A stretch of 64,000 nt of DNA from an uncultured Alphaproteobacteria bacterium (GCA_964625525.1 CAZVEE010000008.1:1764-65763); one strand, 5' to 3'; positions 10,236-20,043 are shown, numbered from the stretch's first letter. Notes: generated from the sequence alone by a model not told the origin. Program-made: numbers and translations.

Positions 10236-10299
10236 GCCCTCTTTCCCCCGGCCCTGACAAGAGGGAACCGGGGGATCGCGACATTAATAGCACTGATGG

Positions 10300-10947
10300 T
10301 CAGCGCGTGGGTTCGGTCTCTACTGTGCCGGTGGTCTCGGTGGCGCTGGCGGCGGCCTCGTCGGCGTCGGCATCCGGGTCGGTATCGTCCTCATCCTGGC
10401 CCGTGCGCTCGGCCACCAGGAAGCGGGCGTGCTCTGCGTTGTCCACCCGCTCAACGCTGCGGACAAAACAGCGTTCGGGGACGTTGCGCCCGACAATGAT
10501 GCGCTCACCGGCAAAACCACAAATGCGGCCTGTGCGCGAGGCGGCGCGAATGGTGATGGCGCTGCGCAGGTTCAAGCAGGGTGAGGTGAAGGTCACCAGA
10601 TAGACCCGATTGGCGGACTCATAAAAAATCGCGTGATAGCGGTCGATGGTGCTGAAGTTCCGGATCAGCCGGACCCGGATACAATCGCGGCGCGGCTCGG
10701 AAAACTGCGGTTCGTCCGCGTCGGCCTCGTCATCGCTGCGGTCAGTGGCGGGCTGAAGTGCTGGTACTTCCTGGATCACATCGGCGTTGTCATCGTCGGC
10801 GTCCTCGTCCGGTTCGGCGGCGAGCGGCGTGGCGACCAGTAGCAGCGCAGCCAGGCCAGCGGCCAGAAAGCCCGGCCGTGTCAGTCCCGCGCTCCAGGCG
10901 GCAAGCGCGCCCCACGCCGGATTGATGCGATCAAAAGACCCAAACAT
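10300..10947 (-). CDS. secreted hypothetical protein with acidic low-complexity segments
   Basis: A start at MFGSFDRINPAWGALAAWS... gives a signal/TM segment FLAAGLAALLLVATPLAA. Asp/Glu-rich linkers. Conserved-looking core DRYHAIFYESANRVYLVTFTSPC. Confidence 0.55.
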   Translation of the reverse strand: MFGSFDRINPAWGALAAWSAGLTRPGFLAAGLAALLLVATPLAAEPDEDADDDNADVIQEVPALQPATDRSDDEADADEPQFSEPRRDCIRVRLIRNFSTIDRYHAIFYESANRVYLVTFTSPCLNLRSAITIRAASRTGRICGFAGERIIVGRNVPERCFVRSVERVDNAEHARFLVAERTGQDEDDTDPDADADEAAASATETTGTVETEPTR

Positions 10948-11106
10948 CGGCTTCTCCCTGATAAGCTGTCGCACCCGGCATCCGGCCGGGTCTCGCGGCG
11001 TTTGCGTGAACGCCCGGGCGGCGGTGTACCCGTCGAACGGGACCGCGCGCAACCACATCTTGTGTTACGAAATGTGCCCAGTTTGGGGCAGGGGCCATCA
11101 CAGATT

Positions 11107-12336
11107 ATGACCGTCACTCTCACCGACATCCGCCAGGCGCGCGATGCCATTGCGGGCGCCGTGCAAAACACACCGTGTCTGCACTCGCAAACGCTGTCGA
11201 CCATGCTCGGCGCGCAGATCTATCTGAAGTTTGAGAACTTGCAGTTCACCGCCTCGTTCAAGGAGCGTGGGGCACTCAACAAGCTGTTGAGCCTGACGCC
11301 GGAGCAGGCGCGCGCCGGGGTCATCGCCATGTCGGCGGGTAATCACGCGCAAGGCGTGGCCTATCACGCTCAGCGGCTCGGCATCCCCGCGACAATCGTG
11401 ATGCCGCGCTTTACGCCTTACGTGAAAGTGCGGCAAACGGCCCATTTCGGGGCCCGCATCATGCTGGAAGGGGAAAGCCTGTCGGAGTCGGCGGACTTCG
11501 CCTATGCCATGGCGGACAATGACGGGCTGATCTTCGTGCATCCCTATGACGATGATCATGTGATCGCGGGCCAGGGCACGTTGGGGCTGGAGCTGCTGGA
11601 GGCGGTGCCGGATCTGGATGTGCTCGCCGTGCCGGTGGGTGGCGGCGGCATGATCGGCGGTATCGCGATCGCCGCCAAGGCGCTGCGCCCGTCTATCAAA
11701 ATCATCGGCGTTGAAGCGGAGTTGTACCCCTCGCTGTCCCAATCCCTGCGCGGCGAACCGGTGAGCGGCAGCGGCACCACCATTGCGGAAGGGATCGCGG
11801 TCAAGCAGATCGGGACGCGCAATCTGGAGATCGCGCGCACCCATGTGGACAATGTGGTGCTGGTGCGCGAGAGCGAGCTGGAGCGGGCGGTGAACCTGCT
11901 GCTGACCATTGAAAAGACAGTGGTGGAAGGGGCAGGCGCGGCTGGCCTTGCGGCCTTGCTGGCACGGCCGGAACTCTTCCGGGGGCGGCGAGTGGGTATC
12001 CCGCTGTGCGGCGGCAATATCGACCCCCGACTACTGGCCTCCATCATCATGCGGGAGCTGATGCGCGACGGGCGCATCGCTCGGATCCGTGTGGAAATCG
12101 CCGATGCGCCGGGCCAACTCGCGCGGATCGCCGGCACGGTGGCGGAATATGGGTGTAGCGTGCTGGAAGTGGCGCACCACCGCATGGCGCTCGACATGTC
12201 TGCCAAACATGCGGCGCTTGAAATGATGATCGAGGCGCGTGATGCCGACCAGGTGCGCGATATCGTGGCGCGGCTGCGCCAGGACGGGCTGACAGTGCAT
12301 CTGCTGGATGACCGGCCTGCCCCGAACCTGGCCTGA
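11107..12336 (+). CDS. ilvA: threonine ammonia-lyase (threonine dehydratase), single C-terminal ACT-like domain
   Basis: PLP lysine motif FENLQFTASFKERGA, glycine loop VPVGGGGMIGG, C-terminal regulatory domain. ATG at 11107. Confidence 0.9.
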   Translation: MTVTLTDIRQARDAIAGAVQNTPCLHSQTLSTMLGAQIYLKFENLQFTASFKERGALNKLLSLTPEQARAGVIAMSAGNHAQGVAYHAQRLGIPATIVMPRFTPYVKVRQTAHFGARIMLEGESLSESADFAYAMADNDGLIFVHPYDDDHVIAGQGTLGLELLEAVPDLDVLAVPVGGGGMIGGIAIAAKALRPSIKIIGVEAELYPSLSQSLRGEPVSGSGTTIAEGIAVKQIGTRNLEIARTHVDNVVLVRESELERAVNLLLTIEKTVVEGAGAAGLAALLARPELFRGRRVGIPLCGGNIDPRLLASIIMRELMRDGRIARIRVEIADAPGQLARIAGTVAEYGCSVLEVAHHRMALDMSAKHAALEMMIEARDADQVRDIVARLRQDGLTVHLLDDRPAPNLA

Positions 12337-12359
12337 GATTCGCGCAACGGAGCCCAACC

Positions 12360-13037
12360 ATGCTGGACGCGACCATGCGCCGCCTCATTGACCCGCCACT
12401 CGCCTGGGTGGCCGGTTGGTGTGTGCGCGCCGGCATCAGCGCCAATGCGGTGACTATCGCCGCCTTCGCGGTGGGGATGGGCGCGGTGGTGGCGCTGTCC
12501 TTCGGCCTTTATGGGCTAGGGCTGGGTCTGATCCTGCTCAACCGGCTTGGAGACGGGCTCGACGGCGCCATTGCGCGCCAAACCCGGCTGACGGATGTGG
12601 GCGGGTTTCTGGACATCGTGCTCGATTTCATCTTCTACGCCGGGGTGGTTTTCGGCATGAGCATGGGCCGCCCCGAGGACGCGCTTTACGGCGCCTTCCT
12701 CATCTGGAGCTTCACCGGCCCCATGACCACATTCCTGGCCTATGCGATCTTTGCGGCCAAGCACGGCGTCACCACCGAGATCCGAGGCTCCAAATCGCTT
12801 TATTATCTGGGGGGGTTGGCGGAAGGCACCGAAACGCTGCTGGTGTTCGTGCTGTTTTGTCTATTCCCGGCTTGGTTCGCCGCATTGTGCGTGATCTATG
12901 GCATCATCTGCTGGATCACGGCGGGTACGCGGATCATCGCGGCGGTGCAGACATTTGGGGCAGGGCCAAGCGGGGGAGATCCCGGGGACGGGCCCAAGGC
13001 GGAAGGCGGCAATGGGCCGGCGGGGGCAGACACATGA
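12360..13037 (+). CDS. CDP-alcohol phosphatidyltransferase family protein
   Basis: D-G-x2-A-R-x8-G-x3-D-x3-D motif present as GDGLDGAIARQTRLTDVGGFLDIVLD. Multi-TM protein. Confidence 0.8.
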   Translation: MLDATMRRLIDPPLAWVAGWCVRAGISANAVTIAAFAVGMGAVVALSFGLYGLGLGLILLNRLGDGLDGAIARQTRLTDVGGFLDIVLDFIFYAGVVFGMSMGRPEDALYGAFLIWSFTGPMTTFLAYAIFAAKHGVTTEIRGSKSLYYLGGLAEGTETLLVFVLFCLFPAWFAALCVIYGIICWITAGTRIIAAVQTFGAGPSGGDPGDGPKAEGGNGPAGADT

Positions 13038-14218
13038 GAGTGGCGGTCATAGGCGGTGGTGCGATCGGACTGGCAAGCGCCTGGTATCTGGCCCGCGCCG
13101 GAGCCGAGGTGACCGTGCTTGAGCGGGCCGAGGCCGGGAAAGGGGCGACCTGGGCGGCGGCCGGCATGCTGGCTGCTCATATAGAAGAAGAAGCGCGCGA
13201 CCCTCGCTTTCTGGCGCTATCCCAGGCGAGCCAGGCGCGCTGGCCGGGCTTTGTCGAAGCCTTGCACGCGGCCACCGGGGCGGATCTGGGCCTTGATCTC
13301 AACGGGGCGGTCGTGGCGGTGTTCTGCGAGGATGAGGAGCGGCACTGGCGCGCGGTGATTGAACGGGTGAACGCCCATGGGCAAGATCGTGCCGGCCCAC
13401 GCGACGGCCGCCTTATGTGGCTTGATCGCGCCGATCTGCGGGCCATGGTCCCGGCGGTCGCTGCGGATGTGCGTGGGGGGGTGCTGAGCCCGCTCGACGG
13501 GCGGGTGGACAACCGCGTGCTCGCCACGGCGTTGCTGGATGCGGTCAAAGCCGCCGGTGTCACGGTGCGTGAACGCGAAACGGTGTATTCGATTGAGAGT
13601 GGCGGCGACAAAGTGCGCGCGGTGGTCACCGGCGCCGGGCGCTTGCCCGTGGATGGCGTGGTGCTGGCGGCTGGCGCCTGGAGCGCGGAAATTGGTGGCC
13701 TGCCGGCCGGGCTGCCCGTGCCGGTCAAGCCCATTAAAGGGCAGATGGTGGCGTTGGACTGGGATCGCTCGCAGGCGCGGTCGCTGGACTATCTGGTTTG
13801 GGGACCCGGCATTTACTGCGTCCCCCGCGCCGACGGGCGCCTGATCCTGGGCGCCACCACCGAAGATGTGGGCTTTGACCCGCGTATGACAGCGGGGGGG
13901 CTGTCGGGCCTGCTAACGCGGGCTGCGCGGACCTTGCCGCGCGCTGCCGACTTGAGTCTGATCGAGGCTTGGAGCGGGTTTCGGCCGGCTGCACCCGATG
14001 GCCTGCCGCTCTTGGGAGGCACCGCCATCGAGGGCTTGACCATCGCCACCGGCCATCATCGCAACGGCATTTTGTTGACGCCGGTGACGGCGGAGCTGGT
14101 GGCGGACTTGGCGCTCGGGCGCGCGCCGCGGCTCGCTATTGATGCCTTTACGCCTGACCGCTTCGCCCGGACGACGCCCGGCGCCGTCGCTGCGGCACCT
14201 ACTGTGCACGGATCCTGA
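13034..14218 (+). CDS. FAD-dependent oxidoreductase (DAO family, glycine oxidase ThiO-like)
   Basis: Rossmann motif MRVAVIGGGAIGLASAWYLARAG. The ATG at 13034 overlaps the upstream stop (ATGA). The ORF-track entry 12416-14218 carries a spurious N-terminal extension. Confidence 0.85.
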   Translation: MRVAVIGGGAIGLASAWYLARAGAEVTVLERAEAGKGATWAAAGMLAAHIEEEARDPRFLALSQASQARWPGFVEALHAATGADLGLDLNGAVVAVFCEDEERHWRAVIERVNAHGQDRAGPRDGRLMWLDRADLRAMVPAVAADVRGGVLSPLDGRVDNRVLATALLDAVKAAGVTVRERETVYSIESGGDKVRAVVTGAGRLPVDGVVLAAGAWSAEIGGLPAGLPVPVKPIKGQMVALDWDRSQARSLDYLVWGPGIYCVPRADGRLILGATTEDVGFDPRMTAGGLSGLLTRAARTLPRAADLSLIEAWSGFRPAAPDGLPLLGGTAIEGLTIATGHHRNGILLTPVTAELVADLALGRAPRLAIDAFTPDRFARTTPGAVAAAPTVHGS

Positions 14219-14230
14219 GGGGGGATCGCC

Positions 14231-15289
14231 ATGATCGATTTTGCGAGTCTTTGGGCCGGCTCCAGCGCGGCGTATCTGTTCGCCATCGGGGGGCTGATCG
14301 TGCTCTTCATGGCCGGTGAGTGGGTGGTGCGCGGCGCCTCGGGCCTGGCGCGCGAAATCGGCGTGTCCGAGCTGTTGATCGGCCTGGTGGTCATTGCCTT
14401 TGGCACCTCCTCCCCGGAACTGATCGTGGCCATCGCGGCGGTGCTGCGAGAGGCGGACGATGTGGCGGTGGGCAATGTGGTCGGGAGCAACATTGCCAAT
14501 GTGCTGCTGGTGCTGGGCATTGGCGCGATGATCTGCCCCATCCTGGCGCGGCGGAATGTATTCAACCGCGACGGGGTGGTGATGCTGGCCTCGACCGGAT
14601 TTCTCATCTTGCTGGGCTATGGGATTGCCGATATCGACGGGCGCACGGGAGAGGGGCTGATCTCGGCCACTGCCGGCACGGTCTTGGTCAGCGGATTGGT
14701 GATTTATCTGCTGCTCTCTTACGTCATGGAGCGCAAGCGCCAGCCCACCGGCAACGCGCGTCCCGATGGCCCGGTGGGGGATCGCATCAAGATTCACAGC
14801 GACGGCAATGGCCGGTCGCTGGCAACGTATCTGCTGTTGCTACTGCTTGGTTTGCTGGGGCTGTTCCTGGGGGCGGAAGCGCTCGTCTATGGCGCGGTGA
14901 CCATCGCCGAGACCTACCAAGTGCCCCAGGCAATTATCGGCGCGACGCTGGTTGCGTTCGGCACCTCAGTGCCGGAGCTGGCCGCCGTTTCCATCGCCGC
15001 CTTCCGGGGGCACCCGCAAATGGCGCTGGGCAGCGTCGTGGGCAGCAATATCTTCAACGTCCTGTTTGTGTTGGGCCTGTCATCCATGGTGGCCCCAATC
15101 ACCATCGCCACCACGTTCATGGCGCTGGACATGTGGGTGATGCTGGGGGCTGTGCTGGTGCTGCTGGTGTTCTTGTGGAGTGGCGGCCGATTGACCCGAT
15201 TGGAGGGCTTTTTGATGGTGCTCGGCTATTTGGGTTATGTGAGCTGGCTGTTCTTCTCCACGGAGATTTTGGCAGCTCTTCCCCTGTAA
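14231..15289 (+). CDS. calcium/sodium antiporter (CaCA family, YrbG-like)
   Basis: Two alpha-repeats: GTSSPELIVAIAA...GNVVGSNIANVLLVLG and GTSVPELAAVSIAA...GSVVGSNIFNVLFVLG. Confidence 0.85.
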   Translation: MIDFASLWAGSSAAYLFAIGGLIVLFMAGEWVVRGASGLAREIGVSELLIGLVVIAFGTSSPELIVAIAAVLREADDVAVGNVVGSNIANVLLVLGIGAMICPILARRNVFNRDGVVMLASTGFLILLGYGIADIDGRTGEGLISATAGTVLVSGLVIYLLLSYVMERKRQPTGNARPDGPVGDRIKIHSDGNGRSLATYLLLLLLGLLGLFLGAEALVYGAVTIAETYQVPQAIIGATLVAFGTSVPELAAVSIAAFRGHPQMALGSVVGSNIFNVLFVLGLSSMVAPITIATTFMALDMWVMLGAVLVLLVFLWSGGRLTRLEGFLMVLGYLGYVSWLFFSTEILAALPL

Positions 15290-15311
15290 GCGTGATGAGA
15301 AAGACCGGACT

Positions 15312-16478
15312 ATGGACTTCGCACTGACCGAGGAACAAGACGCCATCGTTGAGGCGGTGGGCCGCATTTGTGAGCGCTATCCGGATGAGTACTGGCGCGC
15401 GCGCGACAGTGATGGGGTGTTCCCGGAGGACTTTGTGCGCGATATGGCCGCGGCGGGTTGGCTCGGCATTGCGCTGCCTGAAGCGGTTGGCGGTGCGGGG
15501 CTTGGCGTCACTGAGACGGCCCTGATGATGCACACAGTGGCCGCGAGCGGCGGCGCCATGCAGGCGGTCTCCTCGATCCATGTGAATCTGTTCGGCCCCA
15601 TGCCCATTGTGGTGCATGGGACCGATGCGCAGCGCCAGACCTTTCTGCCGCGGCTCATTTCCGGTGAAGACCGCATGTGCTTTGGCGTGACTGAGCCCAA
15701 TTCCGGGCTTGACACCTCGTCCATCACCACCAAGGCCGAACGCGACGGTGATCATTATGTGATTTCCGGACGGAAGATCTGGACCACGACGGCCCAGAGC
15801 GCCAACAAGATCATCCTCATCGCGCGCACGACACCGCGCGAACAATGCGCCAAGCCGACCCAGGGCATGACCCTGTTCTATACGGACATGGACCGCAATT
15901 ATGTGGACGCCAAAATCATCGAAAAGATGGGGCGCAAGTCCGTGGAATGTAACACGGTCTTCATTGACGGCCTGCGCGTGCCGGTGGAGCACCGCATCGG
16001 TGAGGAAGGCGAGGGCTTCAAATATCTGCTGCACGGGTTGAACCCGGAGCGCATCCTGTTCGGCATCGAAGCGGTGGGGATCGGCCGCGCGGCCTTGCGC
16101 AAGGCCGTCGCCTATGCCCAGGAACGCGAGGTGTTCGGACGCCCCATTGGCCAGAACCAGGGCGTGGCGCATCCGCTCGCCCGCGCTTGGGCCGAGCTTG
16201 AGGCCGCGGCCATGATGGCTTTCAAAGCCGCCGCCCTTTATGACAAGGGCGAGCCTTGCGGCGCGGAAGCCAATGCCGCAAAACTGCTTGGCTCCGAGGC
16301 TGGGTATCACGCTTGCGAACGCTCCGTGCTGGCCCATGGCGGCATGGGCTATGCCAAGGAATATGACGTGGAACGGTATTTCCGCGAAGTGATGATCACC
16401 CGTATTGCCCCTGTCAGTACGGAAATGATCTTGAACTTCCTGGCCGAGCGAGTGCTGGGGTTGCCCAAAAGTTATTGA
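15312..16478 (+). CDS. acyl-CoA dehydrogenase
   Basis: 388 aa. Typical ACAD blocks (CFGVTEPNSGLD, ERILFGIEAVGIGRAALRKAVAYAQEREVFGRPIGQNQ, AGYHACERSVLAHGGMGY). Confidence 0.9.
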   Translation: MDFALTEEQDAIVEAVGRICERYPDEYWRARDSDGVFPEDFVRDMAAAGWLGIALPEAVGGAGLGVTETALMMHTVAASGGAMQAVSSIHVNLFGPMPIVVHGTDAQRQTFLPRLISGEDRMCFGVTEPNSGLDTSSITTKAERDGDHYVISGRKIWTTTAQSANKIILIARTTPREQCAKPTQGMTLFYTDMDRNYVDAKIIEKMGRKSVECNTVFIDGLRVPVEHRIGEEGEGFKYLLHGLNPERILFGIEAVGIGRAALRKAVAYAQEREVFGRPIGQNQGVAHPLARAWAELEAAAMMAFKAAALYDKGEPCGAEANAAKLLGSEAGYHACERSVLAHGGMGYAKEYDVERYFREVMITRIAPVSTEMILNFLAERVLGLPKSY

Positions 16479-16509
16479 GACCGGATCAGGCCAAGTGCCG
16501 TCAAGCGGG

Positions 16510-16536
16510 GCGGCAGGGCCGGCGCGACCCTGCCGC
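16510..16536. terminator. hairpin between convergent genes (possible bidirectional terminator)
   Basis: Perfect 9-bp stem GCGGCAGGG / CCCTGCCGC with a 9-nt loop, lying between the stops at 16478 (+) and 16545 (-). No clear U-tract. Confidence 0.4.
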
Positions 16537-16544
16537 TGCTCCCA

Positions 16545-17609
16545 TCACACAAAGCTGAAGTCGTCTTGGGTCCAGAAAGCGCCCGTGTCGTCGAGAATGT
16601 CGGCCTGGAAACCGATGGTGACGCTTTCGCCCGGCACCAATTCTTCCGCATAGGCGAGGGGGGTGAAGAGCAGATCGCCGCCTTCTTCACTGAGGCTTGC
16701 CCCCCAACTGGTCTGCACCGCCACGTTTGCCAGTTCGCCCGGATCCAGATCGAGGGCGATCTGCCAGCTATCCACGGTCTGGGCACCGGTATTGGTGACG
16801 GTGATCTGCTGCACGGCGCCGGCGCCCCAGTCATTGAGGCCGGACGCGTCAATGCTGAGGCCTTGGCTGTCGCCGGGGTCGGGGACCACCGGCTCCGGGT
16901 CGAGGTCGAGGTCGAGGTCGAGGAAGTTGGCGGAGAAATCCTCGGCAGCGAAACCGGTGCCCAGCACCTGGACGGTGAACGTGATGGTATCAGTGGGCTC
17001 CAGCGCCAGTTGATAGCCCTGGCCGACAGTGGAGAAGCTGCCGGTGGCCGCATCGAAGCTAACAGGCGCGTTGAAGCCGTCAAGCCAGCCAGCATTAAAC
17101 GACCCTTGCGGATCATCAAGATCCAGGTCAAGGGTCCAGTCGGAGACGCTGTCGCCGGGCACCAACAGATCGGTCAGGTGGAGGGCAAAAGTGGCGTTAT
17201 AGCCGCCTTGTCCGGTATCCGGGTCGAACCAATCGTTCCCCTGTACCAGGGACAGGTCCGCTACGGTCTCGTCCACATCGGCCACGGTCACGGTGACATC
17301 TACGGGCACGATGGCGCCGTCTTTGTCGTTCACCTGCACGCGCACATGGTAGATATTATCTCCGGCTTCGGAGAAATTCGGGTTGTCGAAGGTATCCCCC
17401 GGCGTTTCGAAATCCGGGGCCTGTTGAAAGCGCAGAGCGCCCGTGTCCTGGTCGATCTCGAACAGGGCAGAGTCGCGGATTGCGACGAGGCTGAAAAAGA
17501 AGTCGTCACTGTCGGGGTCGCTCATCGAGAGGGTCGCGACGGCCGTCTCATTCTCCGACACGGTGAAGGCCGTGGGCGCCACGGTGGGGGACGATCTACA
17601 AGGATACAA
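16545..17609 (-). CDS. leaderless cadherin-like domain protein with two CBM2-like modules (possible T1SS substrate or gene remnant)
   Basis: The cadherin-like block (FTVSENETAVATLSMSDPDSDDFFFSL...YHVRVQVNDKDGAIVPVDVTVTVADVDE) starts within 10 residues of a TTG start. The C-terminal module (WGAGAVQQITVTNTGAQTVDSWQIALD...SWGASLSEEGGDLLFTP...LVPGESVTIGFQA) matches the CBM2 pattern. No signal peptide. Confidence 0.55.
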   Translation of the reverse strand: MYPCRSSPTVAPTAFTVSENETAVATLSMSDPDSDDFFFSLVAIRDSALFEIDQDTGALRFQQAPDFETPGDTFDNPNFSEAGDNIYHVRVQVNDKDGAIVPVDVTVTVADVDETVADLSLVQGNDWFDPDTGQGGYNATFALHLTDLLVPGDSVSDWTLDLDLDDPQGSFNAGWLDGFNAPVSFDAATGSFSTVGQGYQLALEPTDTITFTVQVLGTGFAAEDFSANFLDLDLDLDPEPVVPDPGDSQGLSIDASGLNDWGAGAVQQITVTNTGAQTVDSWQIALDLDPGELANVAVQTSWGASLSEEGGDLLFTPLAYAEELVPGESVTIGFQADILDDTGAFWTQDDFSFV

Positions 17610-17636
17610 CCGTGGTTCTGGACAATCCTGGTGCCG

Positions 17637-18746
17637 TCACTCCAGTGCCACTTGCGTGTCTTGAAGCGCGTCATGGTCAAGATCAAGGCCGAGCCCGGGG
17701 GTGTCGGGGAGGGTGAGCCAACCATCCGGGTCCGGAAGAATTGGACTTGTGAGGAGATGATCGCGGCTGACCGGCGTCAGGGCTGGCGGGTCAAAGGGAT
17801 ATTCCAGGCACGGGCAAATGCCGGAGGCAGCGGCGAGATGCGCGTTTGCCATCATGGCGATCGAGTTGCTCCAGGTGCGCGGCGAGAACATCAGGTTGCG
17901 GGCCTTGCCGCGGTGCAGGATCGGAAGCAGGCTTGTAATGCCGCCGAGGGAAGCAGCGTCGGTGCGCAGCACGTCGATCGCATCGCGCACGATCAGGGTC
18001 CGCAGCTCGTGCAATTCGCGGGCATGGGCGCCGCCGGCGACCGTGACACCCGCCTGCTGGCGTAAGCTTGCAAGGCCCTTATAGTCAGCCCGGTGCAGCG
18101 GGTCTTCGACCCAGAACACACCAAGCGCATCAAGCGCGCCCATGAGGGCGACGGTCTCCTCCGGGCCGCGCACGGTTTCGGTGGCCCAGGGTAGCGGCGC
18201 GCCTTGGGCGCAATCGGCCACCAACACCAGATCTGCATTGGCGCGCACTGCCTCGACGCGGGCGGCATCGGCACGCCAATCCGCATCAGTCAGCCTCAGG
18301 AGCATCGCGGGGAAGCCGCTGGCGGCCACATGGCGTGCCAGCGCCACGAGATTGTCCGGCGAACGGGTGTCGCCCGGAGCGGCGAAGACACGCAGGCGAT
18401 TGGTCTGAGCCCCCAGCAGGCGCCACACGGGTTGCTGGTGGATCTGGCCGGCAAGGTCCCACAGGGCCAGATCCAAGGGCCAGCAGGGGCCGTAGTGAAA
18501 GGACAGACTTTCAATCACCCGGGCATGGCGCTCCAGGTCAAGGGCATCGCGCTCCAGGAACAAGTCTTCGTGGCCGGCAAAGCCCGGCATAGGCAGGCCG
18601 GCGCCAATGCCCACATGGCCATCCTCGGACTCCACCCACACGAGGTCGATGTCCAGCGTGTCGCGCGGTTCCGCGTCCCACGCGGCCTGCACCGGCGTCT
18701 CTAACGGCACCCGATGCCGTGTCTGAACGATTCGCGCGATGCGCAT
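17637..18746 (-). CDS. mandelate racemase/muconate lactonizing enzyme family (enolase superfamily) protein
   Basis: 369 aa with an N-terminal capping domain and a barrel. The blocks LVLVADCAQG, FWVEDP and VAGGAHAREL are consistent with the metal-ligand strands. Confidence 0.75.
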   Translation of the reverse strand: MRIARIVQTRHRVPLETPVQAAWDAEPRDTLDIDLVWVESEDGHVGIGAGLPMPGFAGHEDLFLERDALDLERHARVIESLSFHYGPCWPLDLALWDLAGQIHQQPVWRLLGAQTNRLRVFAAPGDTRSPDNLVALARHVAASGFPAMLLRLTDADWRADAARVEAVRANADLVLVADCAQGAPLPWATETVRGPEETVALMGALDALGVFWVEDPLHRADYKGLASLRQQAGVTVAGGAHARELHELRTLIVRDAIDVLRTDAASLGGITSLLPILHRGKARNLMFSPRTWSNSIAMMANAHLAAASGICPCLEYPFDPPALTPVSRDHLLTSPILPDPDGWLTLPDTPGLGLDLDHDALQDTQVALE

Positions 18747-18825
18747 GGTCCCCGTGCCCCTGACGCCGCGCCCCCTAACAATCGAGCAACCCTGCCGTGA
18801 CTCTCACGCAGAAGGCAAGCGGGGC

Positions 18826-20043
18826 TCAGGACGCGCGTTCTGTGGCCGCAACGCCGCGAGCGCAGAGATCACGGATGGCCTCTTTGCCATAGCCCAGTTC
18901 CGTCAGGATCGCTGCCGTGTGCTGACCGACCTGGGGCGCGGGCCCCTTGGGTCCATCATCGGCACCGTGAAAGCGCACCGGACTGGCGGGCGTGCGATAG
19001 GCGGAGGTGCCGTCGCTGGTGAGGCCGGGAATGGTGGCGAAGGCGCCTGCGGCCTCGGCCTGGGGATCGTCGGCCACTTGCGCTGGCGTTTGCACAGGGG
19101 CCCAGACCAGCTCCTCCGCATCGAGACGGGCCCACCAATCCGCCAGATCCCGCTCAGCAAAAGCCTCGTCCATCAGGGCGACCAGAGCCGGGCCGTTTTT
19201 GCGGCGCTCCTTGGAGCTGGTGAAGCGTGGATCGTCGGCCAGGGCGGGCCGGTCCACCGCATGCAGGATGCGCCGCCAGTCCTTCTCGCCCTGGCGCGGG
19301 ATCAGGCACAGCCAATGGCCATCCTTGGTGCGAAAAAAATTGTTCAGCGGCTGGACGGCATCAGGCCGGGGGCGGGTCGAGGCGACGCGGCCGAAGCGCA
19401 ACTGGATCGCCATGTCCGAGCCGAGGCTGTAGATGCCGGTGCGCAGCAGCGACGTCTCCACAAGCCGCCCCTTGCCGGTGCGCTCGCGCTCATACAGGGC
19501 GGCGAGAATGCCGGCGGCGGTGGACTGGCCGGTCACATGATCGCCGAAGGCGGTGCGGATAGCGACCGGGTCCTCGCCGCGGGGCGCAAAGAGCCGCCCG
19601 ACGCCGGCACGGGACCAAAAGGCGGCCATGTCAAAGCCCGGCCGGTCCGCCTCGTCGCCTAGAAGGCCATAGCCGGTGACGCTGGCGTAAACCAGGCGCG
19701 GGTTGAGGGCATGCAGGGCCTCCCAGTCGAGACCGGCGCGTGACAAGCTGCCGGGGCGCAGATTGGTGAGAAACACGTCGGCGCTGCTGAGCAGTTGACG
19801 CATGATCTGCGCGCCATCGGGTTGCGCGATGTCGAGAGCCATGCCCCGCTTGCCGCGATTGTCGAGCTCGAAAACGGGGTTATCCCCCATATCGACGCCC
19901 AGCGAGGTGAAGAAGTCGCGGATCGGGTCGCCGCCCAGCGCCTCGATCTTCACCACATCCGCCCCCCAATCCGCGAGCATGCCTCCAGCGGAGGGCGCGG
20001 CGATATAGGTGGCCATTTCCACGACTTTCAGTCCTTCGAGCAT
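18826..20043 (-). CDS. CaiB/BaiF family (type III) CoA-transferase
   Basis: MLEGLKVVEMATYIAAPSAGGMLADWGADVVKIE is the canonical N-terminus of family III CoA-transferases. 405 aa. Confidence 0.9.
   Translation of the reverse strand: MLEGLKVVEMATYIAAPSAGGMLADWGADVVKIEALGGDPIRDFFTSLGVDMGDNPVFELDNRGKRGMALDIAQPDGAQIMRQLLSSADVFLTNLRPGSLSRAGLDWEALHALNPRLVYASVTGYGLLGDEADRPGFDMAAFWSRAGVGRLFAPRGEDPVAIRTAFGDHVTGQSTAAGILAALYERERTGKGRLVETSLLRTGIYSLGSDMAIQLRFGRVASTRPRPDAVQPLNNFFRTKDGHWLCLIPRQGEKDWRRILHAVDRPALADDPRFTSSKERRKNGPALVALMDEAFAERDLADWWARLDAEELVWAPVQTPAQVADDPQAEAAGAFATIPGLTSDGTSAYRTPASPVRFHGADDGPKGPAPQVGQHTAAILTELGYGKEAIRDLCARGVAATERAS

Noticed and set aside
12416-13033. The N-terminal extension of ORF 12416-14218.
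   Set aside because: It overlaps the CDP-alcohol phosphatidyltransferase in another frame and is rich in Arg, Gly and His. The Rossmann motif starts right after the ATG at 13034.
13034-14218. Assigning the gene symbol thiO to the FAD oxidoreductase.
   Set aside because: No thiS, thiG or thiE neighbours are present and no TPP riboswitch was recognised upstream, so I kept only the family-level call.
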